Shown in pieces: positions 19,590-26,150 of a DNA stretch of 35,930 nucleotides. The translations under genes were made by a program, and so were the position numbers. The stretch comes from an uncultured Caulobacteraceae bacterium (GTDB lineage: Bacteria > Pseudomonadota > Alphaproteobacteria > Caulobacterales > Aquidulcibacteraceae). Each line of letters opens with the position of its first letter. Within the stretch, counting starts at the first letter, position 1. The stretch covers positions 1 to 35,930 of the forward strand of contig CAZAGL010000001.1 in NCBI GenBank assembly GCA_964484435.1, read 5' to 3'. Below the pieces are notes generated by a model. It worked only from the letters and a program-made list of their open reading frames with translations. It had not been told where the DNA came from and made no database searches.

Positions 19590-19602
19590 GTAGCTAAACT
19601 AC
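19590..19602. promoter_or_regulatory. Inverted repeat GTAG-CTAAA-CTAC, a candidate HexR operator about 60 nt upstream of hexR
   Basis: Read directly from the sequence. It has the same arms and spacing as the palindrome at 8845-8859. A one-mismatch copy (GTAG-TTTTG-CAAC) lies at 19330-19342 in the same intergenic region. Confidence 0.3.
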
Positions 19603-19661
19603 TTTTCCCTTGGTAGGAAGGGTCAGGATCAATTTCCCTCAGGCCAGTGGGCGCCGCCGCC

Positions 19662-20486
19662 ATGATCATCGCCCGGATCAAATCCCTTCTCCCGGAGCTG
19701 CGCCCCTCCGAGCGCAAGGTCGCCGAACTTGTGCTCGCCCAGCCCAATCTCACGGCCGGGTCCTCGATCAAGATGATCGCCGCCAGCGCAGGGGCATCCG
19801 AGCCCACGGTGATCCGCTTTTGCCGGGCCGTTGGCTGCGTTGGCGTGCAAGATCTCAAGCGCCAGATCATCCGCGATCTGGGCCGTCTGACGCCGGAATA
19901 CCAGCCCGCTTTCGCACCCGGTGATCCCTTCCAGATGCTGGCGGCCACCCTGTGTGATCAGGCCTTTTCCGCCGTTTTCGAGCTGCGCCGCACGCTGGCC
20001 TCCCCGCTTTTGGGCCAAGCGGCCAGCCGGCTCGCCCAATCTGGGCGCATTTGGGTTTGGGGGTTTGGCAACGCCGCCTCCATCGCCAGCGCCTGCGCGG
20101 ACGCCTTCTCGCGCGAGGATCTGCCGGCGCGCTCCAGCAATGATCCCTATGTCCAGATCGAAGAGGCCAGCGCCTCGACCGCTGCATCCACCGCTCTGCT
20201 GATCAGCCTGGATGGCCTGCGCACGCAGCAAAGCGACGCCCTGCTCTCCCCCGCGCGCCTGGTGCGGGCGGCAGGCGGCACGATTATCACGCTGGCCCCC
20301 AGCACCAGCGCCTTGACAGCCTTGGCGCATATCGCCTTGGCCCTGCCCGAGGCCGATAGCCAGGCCGCCCTGGGCAGCCCGGCACCGCGCTTTGCCGCCC
20401 AGCTTTTGATCGATGCCTTGCGCATTGGCGCGGGGATGGCCCGGGCACAATCCGGCATGCGCCCGGCATTGGCCGCCGGGGCCTGA
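19662..20486 (+). CDS. hexR: RpiR/MurR-family transcriptional regulator (HexR-like; HTH_6 plus SIS phosphosugar-binding domain)
   Basis: The N-terminal 'IKSLLPELRPSERKVAELVLAQP......SIKMIAASAGASEPTVIRFCRAVG' is the RpiR HTH. A SIS-like region follows ('RIWVWGFGNAASIA'). The gene is divergent from zwf, as hexR is in other proteobacteria. The start is set at ATG 19662; the track ORF begins 5 codons earlier. Confidence 0.8.
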   Translation: MIIARIKSLLPELRPSERKVAELVLAQPNLTAGSSIKMIAASAGASEPTVIRFCRAVGCVGVQDLKRQIIRDLGRLTPEYQPAFAPGDPFQMLAATLCDQAFSAVFELRRTLASPLLGQAASRLAQSGRIWVWGFGNAASIASACADAFSREDLPARSSNDPYVQIEEASASTAASTALLISLDGLRTQQSDALLSPARLVRAAGGTIITLAPSTSALTALAHIALALPEADSQAALGSPAPRFAAQLLIDALRIGAGMARAQSGMRPALAAGA

Positions 20487-20491
20487 GCCGC

Positions 20492-22468
20492 ATGGGCAGC
20501 CCCGTATCCGATTTCGCGCATTTGCAGGAAGATATCGTGCGCCTTGAAAAGGCCACGCATTCCGATCCCTTCTCTGTTCTCGGCCTGCATACCGAGGCGG
20601 ACAATCAGGGCATGAGCGTGCGGGTGTTTCACCCCGGGGCGAGAGCCGTTGAGGCCGTGCTGGGCGGCCAGCGCATCGCGCTGCGTTCGCTGGGCCCCGG
20701 CTTTTTTGCGGGGCTGGTGGCACCCGCTGGCCTGCGTGTTGTGTCCTATCGCCTGCGCATCGAAACCCCAACGGGGTTGGTGGAATGCGAGGATCCCTAT
20801 CGCTTCGGGCTGGTCATCCCCCCCGAGGATGCGATCGATCTCAAAGCCGGGCGCTGCTGGCGGGCGCACAAGGTGCTGGGCGCGCACGAGGCCGAATTGG
20901 AAGGTGTATCGGGGATCAGCTTTGCCGTTTGGGCCCCGACAGCCAGGCGCGTATCCGTGCTCGGCGATTGGAATGGCTGGGAACCGGCGCGCCGCCCCAT
21001 GCGCTTTCGCCATGAAATCGGCGTCTGGGAAATGTTCGAGCCGGGCTTGGCCCCCGGCGCGCCCTACGCCTTCGACATCCTCAGCACGGACGGGCGCCGG
21101 CTGCGAAAGCGCGATCCCTATGCGCGGGCGCTCAGCACGGCGGCACCGGCAGCGGCCATCGCCGCACCAGCCTGCCCGGATGCCTGGGGCGATACGGCCT
21201 GGCTCGCCAAGCGGCGCGACCACAGGGCCGAAAGTGCCTTCACCGCGCTGCACTGCGTGACCGCCGGGGATCATGATCCCCGGCCCGGCGGGGAAAATGC
21301 GCTGCTCGATCGCATCCAACATCTCGGCGGCACGCATCTGTGCCTCATGCAAGCCTGGACGCCTCAGTCAAATGCCAATTGGAACACGGAGCCCCGCGCC
21401 TGGCTCGCCCCCTCGATGGCCTGGGGCGGCCAGCCTGGCCTGCAGCGCCTCATCGATGGCGCGCATGCGCGCGGCCTCGGCATCGTCATCGATTGGCCGA
21501 TCCATGCCTTCAGCGACGAGGCGGAGGGCCTGGCGCGTTTCGACGGCAGCGCAATGTACGAACACGCCAATGCCGCCCGCGCGCTTTCCCCGGATGGCTC
21601 TCTGCGGCGCTTCAATTATGTGCGCTATGAAGCCGCCAATTTCCTGATCTGCGCGGCCTTGTTCTGGCTGGAAGACCTGCATGTGGATGGCTTGTTCCTG
21701 CGCGGCGTGCGCCACGCGCTGCAGTTTCACGCCCCGCTTGGCCACGCGGGCGTCGTCGATGCCGCAGGCGTTGATTTCCTGCGCAGCCTCACCGAATTGG
21801 TGGCCGCGCGCGCCCCCGGTGCCTTTGTGCTGAGCGATGCGCATGGCATCTGGCCCGGCATCAGCGCGCCGACCTGGGCGGGCGGCCTGGGCTGCGCGCG
21901 CAGCACCGTGCCCCATTGGGCGGGCTGGCTGGGCGATCCCGCGCAGCGCATGCTGGCCATGCTGGCTTTGCCCGAGCGCGCCGGCGCGCTGGCCTTCGAA
22001 GATTGGCGCGCGCGCCAATCTTGCCCACCCCGCGGGCAAGAAGCGCGGCTGGCCGCCTTGGTGATGGGCGCCTTGCCCGGCTGGAAAATCTGGCCTGGCG
22101 ATCTGGCCAGCACGGGGGATAGCCAAGACAGCCCGCACGATGTGATCGCCGCCCTCAATCGCGCCCAGCCGCAAGGCGCGTTGAGCCTTCTGGCGCATCC
22201 CGGCGCGCAGCAGGATATGCTGGCCTTCACGCGGGGTGAGAATTTGCTGTGCGCGGCCAATTTTTCGCACACGCAGGCCCGCGCGCATTGCCCCGCGCCG
22301 GGGCCGGGGCCCTATCAGGTCTTGGCGCACAGCCAGCCGGATCGCGGGGCCGCCGGCCAGCCCATCCTGGCGCAAGCCGCGCCCGAAAGCGCGACGGGCT
22401 GGGCCCTGCGCTTGGATCTTGCCCCGCGCAGCGCCTTGGCCGCGCAGCGCATGGGAGCGCAGCCATGA
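20492..22468 (+). CDS. GlgB-like (1,4-alpha-glucan branching enzyme homologue) with a conserved N-terminal/CBM48 region but a degenerate GH13 catalytic domain. It is either a putative pseudoenzyme or a decaying gene.
   Basis: The N-terminal half aligns well with E. coli GlgB from memory ('SDPFSVLGLH', 'EDPYRFG', 'LGAHEAELEGVSGISFAVWAPTARRVSVLGDWNGWE..RRPMRFRHEIGVWEMF', 'RDPYA'). The catalytic half is collinear but eroded. Region I 'DWVPGH' becomes 'DWPIHA'. Region II 'D(A/G)LRVDAV' becomes 'DGLFLRGV', so the nucleophile Asp is Arg. Region III 'MAEEST' becomes 'LSDAHG'. The region IV 'SHDEVVHGK' motif is not recognisable. The frame stays open for 658 codons. The stop overlaps the malQ-fusion start (ATGA). 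Confidence 0.6.
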   Translation: MGSPVSDFAHLQEDIVRLEKATHSDPFSVLGLHTEADNQGMSVRVFHPGARAVEAVLGGQRIALRSLGPGFFAGLVAPAGLRVVSYRLRIETPTGLVECEDPYRFGLVIPPEDAIDLKAGRCWRAHKVLGAHEAELEGVSGISFAVWAPTARRVSVLGDWNGWEPARRPMRFRHEIGVWEMFEPGLAPGAPYAFDILSTDGRRLRKRDPYARALSTAAPAAAIAAPACPDAWGDTAWLAKRRDHRAESAFTALHCVTAGDHDPRPGGENALLDRIQHLGGTHLCLMQAWTPQSNANWNTEPRAWLAPSMAWGGQPGLQRLIDGAHARGLGIVIDWPIHAFSDEAEGLARFDGSAMYEHANAARALSPDGSLRRFNYVRYEAANFLICAALFWLEDLHVDGLFLRGVRHALQFHAPLGHAGVVDAAGVDFLRSLTELVAARAPGAFVLSDAHGIWPGISAPTWAGGLGCARSTVPHWAGWLGDPAQRMLAMLALPERAGALAFEDWRARQSCPPRGQEARLAALVMGALPGWKIWPGDLASTGDSQDSPHDVIAALNRAQPQGALSLLAHPGAQQDMLAFTRGENLLCAANFSHTQARAHCPAPGPGPYQVLAHSQPDRGAAGQPILAQAAPESATGWALRLDLAPRSALAAQRMGAQP

Positions 22469-25400
22469 TGCGTCCCGTTAACGGCTTGACTTTTGGGAGG
22501 CTTGGCCGCGCCAGCGGCGTGCTGACCCACATCACCTCTTTGCCCAATGACGAAGGCGTGGGCAGCCTGGGCCAGGAGGCTTTCGATTTCATCGATCAGC
22601 TGGCAGAGGCCGGCCAGCGCGTGTGGCAAATCCTGCCGCTCAACCCCACCCAAAACGATGGCAGCCCTTATGCGGCGCTCTCCTCCTTTGCGGGCGCGGA
22701 GCATGTGATCAGCCTCCAGCGCCTCACGGAGCAAGGCTTGCTGGCGGCCGATGAATTGGCTCCTTTGCGCGCGCTGGATGCGCGCAGGATCGATTTCGCT
22801 TTGGCCTTGCCACTGCGCCGGCATCTGGTGGCGCTGGCGGCCAGCCGCTTTGCGGCACGGGCCGATGCGCGGGCCTTGGCGCAATTGGCCGCCTTCCAGG
22901 CCAAGGCCGGTCCGCTCTGGCTGGATGATTACGCGCTGTTTCGCGCCTTGCTGGAAGTGCATGCCTGGGCCGATTGGAGCGATTGGCCCGCCCCTTTGCG
23001 TGCGCGCGCGCCGGAGGCTTTGGCCAAAGCCCGCGCAGCCCATAAAGAGCGGATCGCCAACATCGTCATCGAGCAATTCTTCTTTGATCAGCAATGGCGG
23101 GCCCTGCGGGCGCATGCCCAGGCCCGCGGCATCGCGCTGTTCGGGGACATGCCCATCTATGTGGCGCAAACCAGCGCCGATGTCTGGTGCGCGCCGCATC
23201 TGTTCCATCTGGATGCGCATGGCAAGGCCATCACCGTCGCGGGCTGCCCGCCCGACATGATGGCCGCGGGCGGCCAGCGCTGGGGCAATCCCACCTATGA
23301 CTGGGCGGCCATGCAGGCCGATGGCTTTGCCTGGTGGATCGCGCGCATGCGCCACATGCTGGATGCCTATGATCTGGTGCGCATCGACCATTTCCGCGCC
23401 TTCGCCTCCTATTGGCAAATCCCAGCGCAGGATGCCGATGCCAGCGGCGGCATTTGGGTGCCGGCACCCGGGGAAGCGCTGTTCACCACGCTGCGCGAGA
23501 TCTTCGGCAATCTGCCGGTCGTGGCGGAGGATCTGGGCTTCATCACGCCCGATGTGTATGCCTTGCGCGATGCCTTCGATTTTCCAGGCATGCATATCAT
23601 CCAGTATGATCTGGAAGCCGAGCCCTTGCGCCCGGAGCAACATCCCCAAGCCTATCGGGCCCGATCAGTGGCCTATTTCGGCAATCACGATAACGCCACG
23701 GCGCTGGGCTGGCTGGAGGCGCAGGCCCAAGGGCTGACGCCAGAAAACCTGGCCACGCGCCCGCTTTTGCAGGCTGCAAATCAGGCTGATGCGCCGCATT
23801 GGGCGCTGAACGCCTTGGCGCTGCATTCGGGCTCGGCGCTGGCGATTTTGCAAATGCAGGACGTGCTCGGCCTCGGCGCGGAGCACCGCATGAATGTTCC
23901 GGGCACGGCGAGCGGTAATTGGCATTGGCGCTATGCCCGCCAGGATGTGCGCCCCGCCGATTGGGCCCGCCTGCATGACATGACCAAGGCCAGCGGCCGG
24001 GCACCCGATTTGGCCGTGGAATTGGCGCGTGCCCCCTTGGCCCTGCGCGATCTGCTGGACGAGGTGGATTGCGAATTCCTGGCACGCCAGCATCCCGCCA
24101 CCGGTTTGCTGCCGGCCGGGCCCGCGCATAACGGCCATGGCGATTATTCCCACGCCTGGGTGCGCGATAATTGCTATTGCGTGATGGCCATTTGGGCCGC
24201 GGCGGCCGCTGCCAAGCGCGCCGGCCTGCCGGCCCGCGCCGCACATTATGAAGAGCGCGCCATCGCCGTCTTGCGCGGCTTGCTGAAGGCCATGCAGGGC
24301 CAGGCCGATAAAGTGGCCCGCTTTTGCGCCAGCGGCTCACCGCGCGATGCGCTGCACGCCAAATACAATGCCACCAACGGCATGCCCATTTCCGGTGATG
24401 CCGATTGGGGCCATTTGCAGCTGGATGCGACCTCGCTGTTTTTGTTGATCTGCGCGGACATGACGGGCGCGGGCCTGCGCATCATCCGCAATCAGAACGA
24501 GGCGCATTTCCTCGCCAGCCTCGCCGATTATGTCGCGCTGGCTTGGCGCTGCGGCGATTATGGGATGTGGGAGCGCGGCGACAAGCGCAATATCGGCCGG
24601 GTGGAGCGCAACATGACCTCCCTGGGCCTGGCCAAAGCGGCGCTGCACGCCTTGCCGAAACTCGATTTTCCGCTAGAGGATGGCGATATGCCCGCGCGCA
24701 TCGCCCCGCGCCCGCCGCATTTGCTGGCCTTGTTCGATTGCGCCCTGTGCGGTGTCTTGCCCGAAGAATCCTTCTCCAAGGAAACCGATGCCGGCCTGCT
24801 GGCCGTGATCGGCTATCCCGGCTATGCCTGCCATGCTTGGCCCGAACGCGCGCGCGAAACCCGGGAGGCGATCGCCGCGCGCCTGGCCGGCCGTTATGGC
24901 GCGGTGCGCTTTTTGCTGGACGGCCATCAGAGCGTCTATGAGCACCCCCATCGCCTGCATTACGAGCCCGGAGAGCTGGCCCGCTTTGCCGGCATCGAAT
25001 GCCAATGGCCGTTATTCATCGCCTTCGCGGCCATGGATGCGGCGATGGCAGGGGATCAGGCCGCCACGCAGGCCGCCTTGGCGCGCCTGGAGGCCGTCGC
25101 CGAGCCAGGAGCCAAATGGAAGCGCATCCCCGAATTGTTCATGCTATCCCCCCAAAATGCCGAGGCGGAACGCGCAAAGCCCGGCTCCCAGCCGCGCTCC
25201 AGCAATGACAATCTGCCGCTCTATTGGGCCCAAAGCCTCTATCTGGGCGCGCGCCTGCTGCATGGCGGCTGGATTTGCCCGGACGATCTCGATCCACTGG
25301 GCCGGCGCCATGCGCCGCCCGCCGCTTTGCCTCTTGCCCCCTCCACCGGCGATGCACTGCAGCATGTGTTGGCGCGCGGGCTGCTGCTGCGCGATGGCCG

Positions 25401-26040
25401 TGGGGAATGGCACGATGTGCTCTCGCCCCGGGCGGTGGAGGGAAACGGCTTTGAGGAAATCCCCGCGCCGCTCAAACACGGCTTGGCCAGCCGCGCCGCC
25501 GATTGGCGCGCGCGCTTTGCCAAGGGGGTGATCGCCCTGGATTTACCGGCACTGGCCGCTTTGGGCGATGGGGTGCTGGCCCGTCTGGAGGCGGGCCCCG
25601 ATCTCGACGCCGCGCTGCTCACGCACACAGGCCTTGACTGGGCGCAATGGCGCACGGATCGCGGCGCGCTGTGCCCTGTCGGCGGGGCGTTCGCCGCGAT
25701 GCTTTGGGGGGCGCTGGATCGCTGCGCGGGCCTGCGCTTTGGCCCTGGCCAGCGCCTCGATGCGGCTTTGTGCCGGGCCGATCACACCCGCAATGAGCGT
25801 GCGTTTGCCCATCGCCTGCTCTTGGCCATCACCGCCGGCCCTTGGGATGCCCCCGCCTGCCTGGCCCGCGCGCTGATGCTGGAGGCGATCTGCGCCTTCG
25901 TGGCCGGGCCCTATCGCATGGCCGGCGATTTGGATCTGGTGCACTGCATCGCGGCGGCGGGCGGGGCCGAGGCGCTCGGCCCGCTTTCCCCGGCTGCGGT
26001 GCGGGCGCGGATCGAGGCCGTGCTGCGCGGCTTGGAGTAA
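22465..26040 (+). CDS. malQ: Fusion protein: GH77 4-alpha-glucanotransferase (amylomaltase, MalQ) plus a phosphorylase-kinase-alpha/beta-like GH15 (glucoamylase-like) module plus an uncharacterised tail of about 240 aa
   Basis: The start is ATG 22465, with GGGAG 7 nt upstream; the track ORF extends spuriously to 22249. The GH77 part (about 22465-23990) has 'GVLTHITSLPN..GVGSLG', 'WQILPLNPT', the nucleophile motif 'LVRIDHFRAF', the acid/base motif 'VVAEDLGFITPDV' and 'YFGNHDN'. The GH15-like part (about 24020-25310) has 'GDYSHAWVRDNCYCVMAIW', 'DADWGHLQLDATSLFLLICADMTGAGLRII', 'GMWERGDKRNIGRVERNMTSLGLAKAAL' and 'LPLYWAQSLYLGARLLHGGWICPDDLDPLGRR'. These match the phosphorylase kinase alpha/beta glucoamylase-like domain as I recall it. 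No stop or frame change occurs at the junction. Confidence 0.8.
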   Translation: MMRPVNGLTFGRLGRASGVLTHITSLPNDEGVGSLGQEAFDFIDQLAEAGQRVWQILPLNPTQNDGSPYAALSSFAGAEHVISLQRLTEQGLLAADELAPLRALDARRIDFALALPLRRHLVALAASRFAARADARALAQLAAFQAKAGPLWLDDYALFRALLEVHAWADWSDWPAPLRARAPEALAKARAAHKERIANIVIEQFFFDQQWRALRAHAQARGIALFGDMPIYVAQTSADVWCAPHLFHLDAHGKAITVAGCPPDMMAAGGQRWGNPTYDWAAMQADGFAWWIARMRHMLDAYDLVRIDHFRAFASYWQIPAQDADASGGIWVPAPGEALFTTLREIFGNLPVVAEDLGFITPDVYALRDAFDFPGMHIIQYDLEAEPLRPEQHPQAYRARSVAYFGNHDNATALGWLEAQAQGLTPENLATRPLLQAANQADAPHWALNALALHSGSALAILQMQDVLGLGAEHRMNVPGTASGNWHWRYARQDVRPADWARLHDMTKASGRAPDLAVELARAPLALRDLLDEVDCEFLARQHPATGLLPAGPAHNGHGDYSHAWVRDNCYCVMAIWAAAAAAKRAGLPARAAHYEERAIAVLRGLLKAMQGQADKVARFCASGSPRDALHAKYNATNGMPISGDADWGHLQLDATSLFLLICADMTGAGLRIIRNQNEAHFLASLADYVALAWRCGDYGMWERGDKRNIGRVERNMTSLGLAKAALHALPKLDFPLEDGDMPARIAPRPPHLLALFDCALCGVLPEESFSKETDAGLLAVIGYPGYACHAWPERARETREAIAARLAGRYGAVRFLLDGHQSVYEHPHRLHYEPGELARFAGIECQWPLFIAFAAMDAAMAGDQAATQAALARLEAVAEPGAKWKRIPELFMLSPQNAEAERAKPGSQPRSSNDNLPLYWAQSLYLGARLLHGGWICPDDLDPLGRRHAPPAALPLAPSTGDALQHVLARGLLLRDGRGEWHDVLSPRAVEGNGFEEIPAPLKHGLASRAADWRARFAKGVIALDLPALAALGDGVLARLEAGPDLDAALLTHTGLDWAQWRTDRGALCPVGGAFAAMLWGALDRCAGLRFGPGQRLDAALCRADHTRNERAFAHRLLLAITAGPWDAPACLARALMLEAICAFVAGPYRMAGDLDLVHCIAAAGGAEALGPLSPAAVRARIEAVLRGLE

Positions 26041-26063
26041 AATTACACAAACCGCGCCCCGAT

Positions 26064-26088
26064 GGCGGGAATGCTCTGGATTCCCGCC
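26064..26088 (+). terminator. Strong stem-loop (9-bp stem GGCGGGAAT/ATTCCCGCC, 7-nt loop) downstream of the malQ fusion. It has no U-tract and may be an attenuator or processing site rather than a full terminator.
   Basis: Read directly from the sequence: ggcgggaat gctctgg attcccgcc, 24 nt after the stop at 26040. It is followed by 'tcaggctggg', which is not T-rich. Confidence 0.3.
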
Positions 26089-26150
26089 TCAGGCTGGGCA
26101 ATGATGAAGGGCAATCGCATAAACGGCCGGGCACAAGGCCAGGATGCACG

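Noticed and set aside
22249-22464. N-terminal 72-codon extension of the malQ-fusion ORF. Similar upstream extensions occur at 25842-26150 for GH13, 8871-8951 for the esterase, 8827-8940 for the MFS gene and 34997-35182 for flbT.
   Set aside because: The extensions overlap the preceding gene or intergenic DNA, are Arg/Pro/Gly-rich, and lack homology. Internal starts have Shine-Dalgarno sequences and coincide with the beginning of family homology or of a signal peptide.
20147-23649. Series of long minus-strand ORFs (20147-21352, 21368-22375, 22315-23649) and 19629-20771
   Set aside because: They are antisense to hexR, the GlgB-like gene and malQ. The sequences are Arg/Gly/Pro/Ala-rich, whereas the plus-strand frames show collinear homology to known families.
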